Below, piece after piece: positions 46,454 to 56,079 of a DNA stretch of 64,000 nt. This stretch comes from Candidatus Eiseniibacteriota bacterium (GTDB lineage: Bacteria; Eisenbacteria; RBG-16-71-46): positions 96,001 to 160,000 of the forward strand of contig JBGAML010000001.1 of NCBI GenBank assembly GCA_044223005.1. Direction: 5' to 3'. Numbering within the stretch: the first letter of the stretch is position 1; every line of letters starts with the position of its first letter. Under the pieces are notes generated by a model, which was not told the origin of the DNA, did no database searches, and saw only the letters and a list, made by a program, of their open reading frames with translations. The position numbers and the translations under genes were made by a program.

Positions 46454-49400
46454 ATGACCTTCACGCCCCTGCGCGTCCGCTCGCACGGCTCGCTGCTCGC
46501 GGGCGTCGCGAGCCCGGAGCAGCTCGTGGACCGCGCACTGGAGCTGGGACACGACGCGCTCGCGCTCACCGATCGCGACAACCTCTACCTCGCCGTGCGC
46601 TTCCTGCAGGCGTGCGCGAAGGCGCCGCTGCGCGCGCTGCCGGGCGCGGAGCTCACGCACGAGCGCTCGGCGGCGCTGCTGCTCGCGGCGGACCGGCGAG
46701 GCTGGGCGAACCTCTGCGCGCTGCTCACCGCGCGCCGGCTGGATCCCGCGTTCGACCTCGTGCGCGCGCTCGGCGAGCGCGCGGCGGGGCTGCAGGTGAT
46801 CGTGGAATCGCCCACGCTCGCGGCGGCACTGCTCGCGGCGGGCGTGCCGCCCGCGGTGCGCGCCGACGACGAACGCGCGAAGCCGCTCGCGCGCCGCGCG
46901 GGCCTCTGGCTCGGCGTGCGCGGGCTGCCGTTCGAGCGGGCGCGGCTGCGCGCGAAGCTCGCCGAGGGCTGGCGGCTGGGCGTGCCGGCGGTGGCGACGG
47001 GTGACGTGATGCTGCGCGATCCCGGCGACCACGAGGCGCACCGCGTCGCGGTGACGGCGGCGGCGGGCGAGCTGCTGGAGCGCATGCCGCCGTCCGCGTT
47101 CTGCGCGCGCGAGGCGTGGCTCGCCTCGCCCGCCGAATGGGAACGGCGGATCCGCGCCGTGTGCGGCGGCGCGGGTTGCGCCGAGGCGGCCGACGAGCTG
47201 CTCGCGAACAACGCGGCGCTCGTGCGCCGCTGCCGCTGCGAGATCGAGACGGGCACGCCGATCTTCCCGCGCGCGCCGCTGCCCGAGGGCGTCACCGCCG
47301 AGGGCCGGCTGCGCGCGCTGGCGCTCGCGGGCGTGCCGCGCCGCTACCCGGCGCCGGCGGCGCGGCGTGCGGCGCTCGCGCGGCTGGACGAGGAACTGTC
47401 GCTCATCGCGCACATGGGCTTCACCGACTACTTCCTGCTGGTCGCGGACATCGTCGGTTTCGCGCACGCGCGCGGCATCCCGAGCGTGGGCCGCGGCTCG
47501 GGCGCGAGCTCGATCGTGTCGTACCTGCTGGGCGTCACCAGCGTGGACCCGATCCGCTACGGGCTCTGCTTCGAGCGCTTCCTGCACCCGCAGCGGCGCG
47601 ATTGTCCGGACCTGGACGTGGACCTGTGCTGGCAGCGCCGCGACGAGGTGATCGCGCACGTCTACGCGGCCTACGGCGGCCCGGACCCCGAGCGCTCGCC
47701 GCGCGTGGCGATGATCTCGACACACGCGACGCTGGGCCCGCGCTCGGCGTTCCGCGAGGCGGCCAAGGCGCTGGGCGTGCCGCTGCCGCGCGTGAACGCG
47801 CTGGCCCGCCGCGTGCCGCGCGGCGAACTCCCGGACGCCTCCGCGCTGGAAAGAACGCTGCACGCGGGCGGCGCGGACGAGTTCCGCGAGCCGCGCATCG
47901 CCGAGGCGTTGCGCCTGGCGGCGAAGCTCGCGGGCGCGCCGCGCCACCTGTCGATCCACTGCGGCGGCCTGGTGATCGGCGATCGCGAGCTCACGCACTA
48001 CCTGCCGCTGGAGCGCGCGGCGAAGGGCGTGATCGTGTCGCAGTTCGAGATGCGCGCGGTGGAGGCGATCGGGCTCGTGAAGATGGACCTGCTCGGCAAC
48101 CGCGCGATCACGACGATCGGCGAATGCGTGGCCCTGGCGAGCGCGTGCGGGGCGGGCGAGAACGCGGCGTCGGGCGCATGCGCCGGGTCGTCGATTGGCC
48201 GCGCGGTGTCTCACCCGATCGTCGAGGCAGCGCTTGGCCGGTCACGGTACCCGGTTGGCCAGGAGTCCCGGGTGCTGCACTCTCACAGGGAGGAGTCGCG
48301 AAGTGAGCGGGAGCCATGGATGGCGGAGCGAACGGAGCGCCTAGCGGAGCGAGGGCAGGATGCCCGAGTGCAGCGTCCTCCCTGTGAGAGTGCAGCACCC
48401 GGGGCGACGCCTCCACGATCGGGTGAGACCGAGAGTTCACCGGCGACGATTCACCCGACGACCGGCGACCCGCTCGCAGCGACGCCCCCCACCCTCGATC
48501 CCGAACTCGTGCCCGAGGACGATCCGGCGACCGCGGCGGCCGTCGCGAGCGGGGACACGCTCAACTGCTTCCAGCTCGAGTCGCCCGCCATGCGCCACCT
48601 GTTGCGCATGCTGCGGGCGCGCACGCTCGACGACACCGTCGCGGCGGTCGCGCTCGTGCGGCCCGGGCCCGCGGAGTCCGGCATGAAGGAGGCGTTCTGC
48701 CGGCGCGCGCGCGGGCTCGAACCGATCGCGTACCCGCACCCGCGACTGCGCGAGACGCTCGCCGAGACGCACGGCGTGATGCTCTACGAGGAGGACGTCA
48801 TGCGTGTCGCGTCCGCGCTCTGCGGACTGCCGCTCGCCGAGGGCGAGACGCTGCGCCGCGCGATCGCCGGCGCGCGGAGCGACGAGGAGTTCCGCTTCCT
48901 CGAGCGCGGCTTCCTCGCGCAGGCCGCGCGCGCCGGCGTCGCGCCCGAACCCGCGCAGGCCGTCTGGCGCGAGCTCGCGCGCTTCGCGGGCTACGCGTTC
49001 TGCAAGGCGCACGCGGCGGGCTACGGGCGGCTCGGCTGGCAGAGCACGTACTTCAAGACGCACTTCCCCGCCGCGTGGGCCGTGGGCGTGCTGCACCACC
49101 ACGCCGGCATGTACCCGACCTGGGTGCACGTCGAGGACCTGCGCCGTCACGGCGTCAGGTTCCTCGCGCCCTGCGTGCAGCGCTCGGGCTGGACCAGCGC
49201 GCTCGTGCCGGCGTCGCCCGGCGCCGCGCCGCTCGCGGGGCGTGGCGGCACCGTGCGCGTGGGTCTGCACCGCGTGACGGCGCTCGCGCACGCGACCGGC
49301 GAACGCATCGTCGCCGCGCGCGCGGCGCGGCCATTCGCGAACCTCGCCGACTTCGCCGACCGCGCGCGGCCCACGCCGCCCGAGCTCGAGACGCTCGTCC

Positions 49401-50089
49401 TGGCCGGCGCGCTCGACTGGACCGGCCGCTCGCGCGCGGCGCTCCTGCTCGAGGCGCGCATCGGCGCGGCGCTCGCCGCCCACGCGCCCGCGCGGCGGAA
49501 CGCGGCGGCGGAAGCCTCGCTCGTCGCGCCCGACGGCGCGCCGCTCGCGCCCCCGGCCGCCGCGCCGCGGCCGGGTGGCGAAACGCTGCCCGAACTGCCC
49601 GAGCTCTCACTCGCGGCACGCGTGCGCGGCGAGTTCGCGGCGACGGGGCTCTGGTTCGCGGCCCACCCGCTCGCCGCGTTCGGCGCGGCCGGCGCGCGGC
49701 GCGGCACGGTGCCGGCGGCGGAACTGGGCCGCCACGTCGGACGCCGCGTCGCGATCTGCGGCATTCCGTGCGCCTCGCGCCGCACCGAGGCGAAGTCGGG
49801 CGGGTTCGTGCTCTTCACGACGCTCGCCGACGAGACCGGGCTCGCCGAGTGCGTGCTGTTCCCGCGCGACTACCCGCGCCTGGGCGCCGCCCTGCGCGGC
49901 GAGATCGTGCGCGCGGAAGGCCGCGTGGACGACTCGCTCGGCGCGCTCACGCTCGTGGTCGAACGCGCGAGCGCCGCGGGCGCGGCGCCGAGCGGCACCG
50001 AGAGCGCGCCGTCACGCAACCGCGCCGACTCCCCCGCCGCACGCGCCGGCGAGACCGGCCCGCCCTCGCGCTACCGCGCGGCGGGGTGA
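46454..50089 (+). CDS. dnaE2: Error-prone DNA polymerase III alpha (DnaE2-type) with an in-frame insertion
   Basis: PHP domain, GRGSGASS, PDLDVD, KMDLLG, FQLES, YAFCKAHA, C-terminal OB fold. Co-located with dinB. Confidence 0.88.
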   Translation: MTFTPLRVRSHGSLLAGVASPEQLVDRALELGHDALALTDRDNLYLAVRFLQACAKAPLRALPGAELTHERSAALLLAADRRGWANLCALLTARRLDPAFDLVRALGERAAGLQVIVESPTLAAALLAAGVPPAVRADDERAKPLARRAGLWLGVRGLPFERARLRAKLAEGWRLGVPAVATGDVMLRDPGDHEAHRVAVTAAAGELLERMPPSAFCAREAWLASPAEWERRIRAVCGGAGCAEAADELLANNAALVRRCRCEIETGTPIFPRAPLPEGVTAEGRLRALALAGVPRRYPAPAARRAALARLDEELSLIAHMGFTDYFLLVADIVGFAHARGIPSVGRGSGASSIVSYLLGVTSVDPIRYGLCFERFLHPQRRDCPDLDVDLCWQRRDEVIAHVYAAYGGPDPERSPRVAMISTHATLGPRSAFREAAKALGVPLPRVNALARRVPRGELPDASALERTLHAGGADEFREPRIAEALRLAAKLAGAPRHLSIHCGGLVIGDRELTHYLPLERAAKGVIVSQFEMRAVEAIGLVKMDLLGNRAITTIGECVALASACGAGENAASGACAGSSIGRAVSHPIVEAALGRSRYPVGQESRVLHSHREESRSEREPWMAERTERLAERGQDARVQRPPCESAAPGATPPRSGETESSPATIHPTTGDPLAATPPTLDPELVPEDDPATAAAVASGDTLNCFQLESPAMRHLLRMLRARTLDDTVAAVALVRPGPAESGMKEAFCRRARGLEPIAYPHPRLRETLAETHGVMLYEEDVMRVASALCGLPLAEGETLRRAIAGARSDEEFRFLERGFLAQAARAGVAPEPAQAVWRELARFAGYAFCKAHAAGYGRLGWQSTYFKTHFPAAWAVGVLHHHAGMYPTWVHVEDLRRHGVRFLAPCVQRSGWTSALVPASPGAAPLAGRGGTVRVGLHRVTALAHATGERIVAARAARPFANLADFADRARPTPPELETLVLAGALDWTGRSRAALLLEARIGAALAAHAPARRNAAAEASLVAPDGAPLAPPAAAPRPGGETLPELPELSLAARVRGEFAATGLWFAAHPLAAFGAAGARRGTVPAAELGRHVGRRVAICGIPCASRRTEAKSGGFVLFTTLADETGLAECVLFPRDYPRLGAALRGEIVRAEGRVDDSLGALTLVVERASAAGAAPSGTESAPSRNRADSPAARAGETGPPSRYRAAG
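48208..48429. mobile_element. Nested inverted-repeat (MITE/REP-like) element in frame within dnaE2
   Basis: Outer IR 48208-48228/48409-48429 (20/21 match). Inner IR 48267-48294/48376-48403 (28/28 match). Internal mini-hairpins GCCATGGATGGC and GGGCAGGATGCCC. Confidence 0.75.
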
Positions 50090-50097
50090 GCGCCGCG

Positions 50098-50685
50098 TCA
50101 GTCGCCGCGGATCGTGTGGCGCGCGATCGCGAGCACCTCGCCGGGATGGAGCGCGTCCGACTGCAGCACCGCGCGCACCATGCCCCGCTCGTCGACGATC
50201 ACGAGCCCGGGCTGGATCGACGACGTGTCGTCGTCCCACATGCCGAAGAGCTGTGCGGTCTCCCCGGTGGGGTCGCTCAGGAGCGGGGACGCGATGCGGT
50301 TCCGGCGCGCGAACTCGCCGAGCGTCGCTTCGCCGTCCTGGCAGAAGCCGACGAGCACCGCGTCGAGGTCGTGCATGGCGTCGTCGAGCGAACCGAATTC
50401 GCCAAAGCCGCTCCGCCCGCGATCGAACACGATGACCGACCAGTGGCCGAGGAGATCCGCGCGAGTCAGCGGCTGCCCGAGCGAGCTGTCGAGCCGGAAG
50501 TCCGGCGCGGGATCACCGGGCGTCAGATCGACGACGTTGCTCCCGACCGAACCGCTCGGCGGGATCGTCGTGCGCGGGACGTCGATCGGTGGGACCGGAT
50601 CGCGGGGTGACGGCGGCTCCTGCGCGCCCGCGGGAACGGCGACGCCGAGCACGAGAACGAGGGCGAGACATGCGACGCGTGGCAT
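50098..50685 (-). CDS. Secreted AhpC/TSA redoxin-fold protein lacking the peroxidatic Cys loop
   Basis: GDPAPDFRL, PLLSDP and IVDERG motifs are present. No TxxC or CxxC. Confidence 0.75.
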   Translation of the reverse strand: MPRVACLALVLVLGVAVPAGAQEPPSPRDPVPPIDVPRTTIPPSGSVGSNVVDLTPGDPAPDFRLDSSLGQPLTRADLLGHWSVIVFDRGRSGFGEFGSLDDAMHDLDAVLVGFCQDGEATLGEFARRNRIASPLLSDPTGETAQLFGMWDDDTSSIQPGLVIVDERGMVRAVLQSDALHPGEVLAIARHTIRGD

Positions 50686-50853
50686 GGCGACCTCCCGGGT
50701 GAGGGAACGCTCCGGCGAACCGGCTTCACCCGATCGGACGGGCGCACGAGGCGGAAGGTTCCCGCGCGCGCGAGGATCGCCCGGAGAATCCACCGCGCGC
50801 TGACGCGATGGGGCGGGACGGGACATCGCGGAGGCCGCGTGTCCGGGGCGTGT

Positions 50854-51834
50854 TCAGCGCGAGGCGCCGGCGGCCTCCGCCCACGTGCGCACGATCGCGC
50901 CGGCCGGTTCGATCGAGCGGATGCCGGCGACGCTGCGGCCGGCCTGCCAGTACTCGCGCGCGCCGCGCGGGTCGAGCGAGTCGCGGCGCAGCGCCCACGC
51001 GGAGCGCAGCGCGAAGATCGAGCGCATGAGGTGCTTGGTGCGGCCGCCGCGCAGCATCCAGCGCTCGAACGCGTTCACCGTCGTGCCCGAGCGCTCGACG
51101 TGAGGCGTGCGCAGCACGGCGACCGGGATCCCCGTGAGGCGCTCGGTCAGGACGACGTCGTCCTCCTTCGCGCCCACGATCGCCTGCTTGTAGGCGTCGC
51201 TCGCGCGGCACTCCGGCGTCGCGATGAAGCGCGTGCCGCACTGGACGCCCGCGTAGCCCAGGCGCAGCGCGGCGGCGAATCCGGCGGCGTCGCCGACGCC
51301 GCCCGCGCACACGACCGGCAGCCCGAACGGGCGGAGCTCGTCGAGCAGCTCCTCGACGCCGCGCGGTCCGGCGTGCCCGCCGGCGCGGCGGTTCACCGCG
51401 ATCAGGCCGTCCACGCCACCGTCGCGCGCCTTCGCGGCCCACTTCGCCTCGGTCACGTCGTGGTAGACCACGCCGCCCACCGCGTGCGCCTTCTCCACCA
51501 CCCAGCGCGGGTTGCCGAGCGAGGTGACGAAGAAGCGCACGCCCTCCTCGAGCGCGACGTCCACCCACTCGCGCATGCGCTCCATGTACCTGCTCGAGGA
51601 CTTCTCGATCAGCGCGTTCATGCCGATCGGCTTCGCGGTGAGCGAGCGGATGAGCCGGAGTCCCGCGCGGAAGTCGTGTCCGTGCACGAACGTGAGCGAG
51701 ATCGGCTGCACCACGCCGAGCCCGCCGGCCTCGGAGACGGCGGCCACCAGCTCGGGATTGCTGCACGGATACATGGGGCCGCAGACGAGCGGCACCTCGA
51801 TCCTCGCGTGGCGCGTGAGCGGCGTGTCGATCAC
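50854..51834 (-). CDS. Nitronate monooxygenase family flavoprotein
   Basis: AVSEAGGLG, AGGHAG, AGGVGD and GTRFIAT motifs. Confidence 0.9.
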   Translation of the reverse strand: MIDTPLTRHARIEVPLVCGPMYPCSNPELVAAVSEAGGLGVVQPISLTFVHGHDFRAGLRLIRSLTAKPIGMNALIEKSSSRYMERMREWVDVALEEGVRFFVTSLGNPRWVVEKAHAVGGVVYHDVTEAKWAAKARDGGVDGLIAVNRRAGGHAGPRGVEELLDELRPFGLPVVCAGGVGDAAGFAAALRLGYAGVQCGTRFIATPECRASDAYKQAIVGAKEDDVVLTERLTGIPVAVLRTPHVERSGTTVNAFERWMLRGGRTKHLMRSIFALRSAWALRRDSLDPRGAREYWQAGRSVAGIRSIEPAGAIVRTWAEAAGASR

Positions 51835-52544
51835 GGGCGCTTCTTCCTCGCGACGCTCGCGGCCCGGGAGGGCTTCACCATCTTCGCGGGCTTCGCGCCG
51901 ACATGTGGCGAGAGATGGAAACGCAGCGGCGGGATCCGCTCCCCCGCCGCGCAGCACTCGATCAGTTGCTTCATCCGCCGCGCGCGCGTCGCTTCCTGTT
52001 TCGCGGTCAGGATCCACCACGTGGCGGCCTTGCGGTAGGAGGGCGCCGCGGCGCTCCACCACGCCCACGCGATGCGATTCCGCCGCAGGACCGCGGCGAG
52101 TTCGGCCGGGAGCTCGGCGGGCCGGCGCTCGTAGGAGTAGATGCCGGTGCGCTTCTCGGCCCGCGCTTCGAACGCGCGCTTGCCGGCGGGCCGCACGCGC
52201 CCTTCGTGCTCGAGTTCGGCGAATCGCTTCACGTTGACCGTGCTCCAATTGCTCGACGTCTTGCGCGACGTGAAGCGGATCACGTAGCTCGCCGCATCGA
52301 GGCTCTTGCGCAGCCCATCGATCCACCCGAAGCAGAGCGCCTCGTCCACCGACTCCGGCCACGTGATGCTGGGCTGCCCCGTGCCGACGCGGCGAAAACC
52401 CACCCACAGCGCCTCGCCCCGGGCGTGGTGCGCGGCGAGCCACGCGCGCCACGCGGCGGGCGTCGCGAAGAAGCGCGGGTTCGCGGCGTCCGAGCCCGGC
52501 GTGCCGCCGGCGGGCGCCTTCGCGGCCGGCGGGCGCGCGCTCAC
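51831..52544 (-). CDS. YdeI/OmpD-associated family protein
   Basis: EALCFGWIDG, WSTVN and AKQEATRARR motifs. Confidence 0.85.
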   Translation of the reverse strand: MSARPPAAKAPAGGTPGSDAANPRFFATPAAWRAWLAAHHARGEALWVGFRRVGTGQPSITWPESVDEALCFGWIDGLRKSLDAASYVIRFTSRKTSSNWSTVNVKRFAELEHEGRVRPAGKRAFEARAEKRTGIYSYERRPAELPAELAAVLRRNRIAWAWWSAAAPSYRKAATWWILTAKQEATRARRMKQLIECCAAGERIPPLRFHLSPHVGAKPAKMVKPSRAASVARKKRP

Positions 52545-53029
52545 TTCGGCTCCACGAGCCCGAGCCGCCAGCGTGCGGTCACCGTGGCGACCACGTCGCC
52601 CGCGGCGTCGCGGATCGGGGCCTGCACGTCGAACTCGAGGTCCTCGGTCACCGCGGGCACGACGACGCGGCTCTCGGCGACCAGCCGGCCTCGCGCCTTC
52701 TTGCCGTAGTCCGTGCGCAGCGAGACCACGATGCTGCGGACGCCCGGCGGCAGCGCGGTCACCATGGCGAGCCCGCTCGCCATCTCGCCCAGGTTGGCGA
52801 GCGCCACCGCGTGAATCGAGTTCAGGTGGTTGCGCACGCCGCGGCGGTCGGCGAGCGAGATCCGCACGAACCCGGGCTCCAGCGATTCGACCCGCGCCCC
52901 GAGCGCCCCCGAGTAGGGCACGAGATTGCCGAACGCGAGCATGAACAGCGTGCGCCCGAACGGCAGCGGCGCGCAGCGCCGCCAGAGCCCGAGCACGCGG
53001 GCGCCGGGTGCGGGCGCGGGCGCGCTCAT
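52541..53029 (-). CDS. Hotdog-fold thioesterase (PaaI/DUF4442-like)
   Basis: NHLNSIHAVAL and YGKKARG motifs. Confidence 0.85.
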   Translation of the reverse strand: MSAPAPAPGARVLGLWRRCAPLPFGRTLFMLAFGNLVPYSGALGARVESLEPGFVRISLADRRGVRNHLNSIHAVALANLGEMASGLAMVTALPPGVRSIVVSLRTDYGKKARGRLVAESRVVVPAVTEDLEFDVQAPIRDAAGDVVATVTARWRLGLVEPK

Positions 53030-53592
53030 GCGAGCACCTCCGGATCGGCCTTCAGCGCCTCGAGCACGAACGCGATGTGCGCGTCCAGGTCCTCGCCGAG
53101 TTCGGCGGTGCCCTGGAGGATGTCCTCGCGGCTCACGTTGCGCGCGAAGTCCGCGCGCTTGAGCTTCTTCCTCACCGAGGCGACCTCGACGCCCGCGAGC
53201 GAGCGGTCGGGCAGCACGAGCGAGCAGGCGACCAGGAAGCCGCAGAGCTCGTCGCACGCGAACAGCGCCTTCGCCATGCGCGTGTCGCGCGGCACGCCGG
53301 TGTGGGTCGCGTGGCCGAGCACGGCACGGCAGACGTCCTCGGGCCAGCCGCGCTGGCGCAGGACCTCGACCCCCGCCGCGGGATGGCGTTCGAGGTCGGG
53401 ATGCCGCTCCCAGTCGAAATCGTGGATCAGCCCCGCGAGCGCCCAGCGGTGCTCGTCCTCGCCGAACCGCCGCGCGTAGGCGCGCATCGCGGTCTCGACG
53501 CAGCGACAATGCCGGCGCAGGGCCGGGTTGTCGATCCACTCGTGCAGCAGCGCGAGCGCCTCCTCGCGCGTCGGGACGTGCTCGACGGACAT
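53026..53592 (-). CDS. HD-domain phosphohydrolase
   Basis: H..GLIHDFD..H..ACDEL..FARNVSR. Confidence 0.88.
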   Translation of the reverse strand: MSVEHVPTREEALALLHEWIDNPALRRHCRCVETAMRAYARRFGEDEHRWALAGLIHDFDWERHPDLERHPAAGVEVLRQRGWPEDVCRAVLGHATHTGVPRDTRMAKALFACDELCGFLVACSLVLPDRSLAGVEVASVRKKLKRADFARNVSREDILQGTAELGEDLDAHIAFVLEALKADPEVLA

Positions 53593-53680
53593 CGGGGCTC
53601 CCGGCGGGTGACGTGCGGCACCAACGGCGAGGCCGGCGCCGCGCGCCGGCCCGGGAACGCGGGCGCGGAGGCCCGCGGCG

Positions 53681-53917
53681 TCACTTCTTGAAGAACTCCT
53701 TGTTCTTCGCGATGAAGCTGTTCCACTTCTCCGGCACGCCGTTGTCCGGGAAGATCGCCTGCACGGGGCACGCGGCCTCGCACGCCTGGCAGTCGATGCA
53801 CTCGTCGGGATGGATGTAGAACTGGTCATCGCCCTCGTAGATGCAATTGACCGGGCAGACCTCGACGCAGGACTTGTCCTTCACACCGACGCAGGGCTCG
53901 GCGATCACGAACGGCAT
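53681..53917 (-). CDS. fdxA: Ferredoxin (7Fe FdxA-type)
   Basis: CVGVKDKSCVEVCP and CIDCQACEAACP. Confidence 0.9.
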   Translation of the reverse strand: MPFVIAEPCVGVKDKSCVEVCPVNCIYEGDDQFYIHPDECIDCQACEAACPVQAIFPDNGVPEKWNSFIAKNKEFFKK

Positions 53918-54189
53918 GGAAACCACCTCCGGAGGATGGATCGGCGCGACCCGGGACCGCGGGCGCACGTCCTTGGGATGAGCGGCGGAGTCTAGGGTGC
54001 CGCACGGACCGAGGCAAGGCCCGCCCCGGTGCGTTCGACTCGCCGCCGCGGCGACGCCGGCCCCTGCCGCGAGACCGTTCGCCGCCCGGGGGCGACCGTT
54101 CGCCGCCGTCGCCTTGACCCTGTCGGGTGCTCACCGGATGATCGCATCGAGTGGTCGTTCCGTTCCTCCGGCCTTCCCCCACGGTACCC

Positions 54190-55371
54190 ATGAGCACGCC
54201 CTCCGACCTTTCCGCGCTGCGCATCGATCGCGGCGGCCCGCCCCCTTCGACGGGTCGCTCGCGCCTGCCCGTCGTCCTCGTCGTCCTCGCGCTGGCCGTG
54301 ATCGCGATCGTCTTCGCCGTGATGCGATTCGGCCCTCACGCGCTGGCCGTCCAGGCCGGCACCGCCGAGGCCACCGGCGGGGGCAGCGCGAGCGGCGAGG
54401 GCATCACGGCCAACGGCTACGTGGTCGCGCGCACCAAGGCGAGCGTGTCGTCCAAGATCCTCGGCCGCCTGTCGTGGATCGGGGTCTCCGAGGGGACGCG
54501 CGTGCGGGCCGGCGAGGTGATCGCCCGGCTCGACGACGCGGACGTCGATGCGGCCGCGAACGCCGCCCGGGCGAGCGTCGCGCAGGTCGAGGTGCAGCTC
54601 GCGCAGGCGAAACGCGAACTCGCGCGCACCCAGGCGCTCAAGCGGGACAACCTCGTCGCCGATGCGAACCTCGAATCGGCGCAGATGCAGGTGGACGTGC
54701 TCGCCGCGCAGCTCAACAGCGCCCGCGCGCAGGTGGCGCTGGCGCAGGCCAACCTCGAGAACACGCGCGTGCGCGCCCCGTTCGACGGCACGGTGCTGCG
54801 CAAGGACGCCGAGGTCGGCGAGATCGTCGCGCCCTCGTCGGCGGGCGGCGGGTTGACGCGCACGGCGATCGTCACGATCGCCGACCTGCACACGCTCGAG
54901 GTCGAGGTCGACGTGAACGAGGCGTACATCGCCCAGGTGCGCGGCGACCAGCCCGCGCGGATCACGCTCGATGCGTACCCGGACACGTCGTTCAGCGGCC
55001 GCGTGCGCCAGGTCGTGCCCACCGCGGACCGGCAGAAGGCGACCGTGCTCGTGAAGGTGTCGATCCTCGACCACGACCCGCGCATCCTCCCCGAGATGGG
55101 CGCCAAGGTCGTGTTCGAGAGCCGGGGCGCCGCGCAGGCGGCCGCGCCGCGCCGCGTGATGGCGCCGGCGGCGGCAGTCGTGCAGTCGGGCGGCTCCGCG
55201 TTCGTGTGGGTGATCGACGGCGAGGTCGTGCACAAGGTCAACGTGGACGTGGGCGCCGCGCGCGGCGACCGGGTCGAGATCCGGCAGGGCCTCGCCGGTG
55301 GCGAGAGCCTCGTGCTGGGAGCGCCCGCGGGCCTGAAGGACGGCGCGCGGGTGAAGGTCGGGAGCCGCTGA
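54190..55371 (+). CDS. Efflux periplasmic adaptor (MacA/YknX-like MFP)
   Basis: N-terminal TM, ANGYVVA, RAPFDG, DVNE, coiled-coil hairpin. Confidence 0.9.
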   Translation: MSTPSDLSALRIDRGGPPPSTGRSRLPVVLVVLALAVIAIVFAVMRFGPHALAVQAGTAEATGGGSASGEGITANGYVVARTKASVSSKILGRLSWIGVSEGTRVRAGEVIARLDDADVDAAANAARASVAQVEVQLAQAKRELARTQALKRDNLVADANLESAQMQVDVLAAQLNSARAQVALAQANLENTRVRAPFDGTVLRKDAEVGEIVAPSSAGGGLTRTAIVTIADLHTLEVEVDVNEAYIAQVRGDQPARITLDAYPDTSFSGRVRQVVPTADRQKATVLVKVSILDHDPRILPEMGAKVVFESRGAAQAAAPRRVMAPAAAVVQSGGSAFVWVIDGEVVHKVNVDVGAARGDRVEIRQGLAGGESLVLGAPAGLKDGARVKVGSR

Positions 55372-55396
55372 CCGCGGCGGCCCGGGGAGAACGAGC

Positions 55397-56068
55397 ATGG
55401 CGTGGGTCGAAGTCGAGAACGTTCGCAAGGTCTACCAGCGCGACACGCAGGCGATCCCGGTCCTGGACGACCTGTCGCTGAAGATCGAGGAAGGCGAGTT
55501 CGTCGCGCTGATGGGCCCGTCGGGCAGCGGCAAGACGACGCTGCTCAACCTGATCGGCGGCATCGACCAGCCGACGAGCGGCCGCATCGTGGTCGCGGGG
55601 ACGGACATCGCCCGCATGAGCGGCGGGGACCTCGCGAAGTGGCGCTCGCAGACCATCGGCTACATCTTCCAGCTCTACAACCTCATGCCCGTGCTGACCG
55701 CGCTGCAGAACGTGGAGCTGCCGCTGCTGCTCTACAAGATGAGCGGCGCCGAGCGCCGCAAGCGCGCCGAGTTCGCGCTCGATCTCGTGGGCCTCGCCGA
55801 TCGCAAGAGCCACTTCCCGCGGCAGCTCTCGGGCGGGCAGGAGCAGCGCGTCGCGATCGCGCGCGCGATCGTGAGCGACCCCAAGCTCATCCTCGCCGAC
55901 GAGCCCACGGGCGACCTCGACCGCAAGTCGGCCGAGGAGGTGCTGCAGCTGCTCGAGCGCCTCAACTCCGAGTTCAAGAAGACGATCGTCATGGTCACGC
56001 ACGACCCCCACGCCGCCGAGCGCGCGCACCGACTGGTGCACCTCGACAAGGGCGTGCTCACGAGCTGA
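55397..56068 (+). CDS. ABC ATPase (MacB/LolD-type)
   Basis: GPSGSGKTT, LSGGQEQR and ADEPTG motifs. Confidence 0.95.
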   Translation: MAWVEVENVRKVYQRDTQAIPVLDDLSLKIEEGEFVALMGPSGSGKTTLLNLIGGIDQPTSGRIVVAGTDIARMSGGDLAKWRSQTIGYIFQLYNLMPVLTALQNVELPLLLYKMSGAERRKRAEFALDLVGLADRKSHFPRQLSGGQEQRVAIARAIVSDPKLILADEPTGDLDRKSAEEVLQLLERLNSEFKKTIVMVTHDPHAAERAHRLVHLDKGVLTS

Positions 56069-56079
56069 AGGGACCCCGC

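Noticed and set aside
48130..48500. Intein in DnaE2
   Set aside because: There is no C-terminal HN-C/S/T junction or intein block motif. The insert is explained by DNA-level inverted repeats.
50098..50685. Selenocysteine-containing redoxin
   Set aside because: There is no in-frame TGA at the active-site position. The loop is simply missing.
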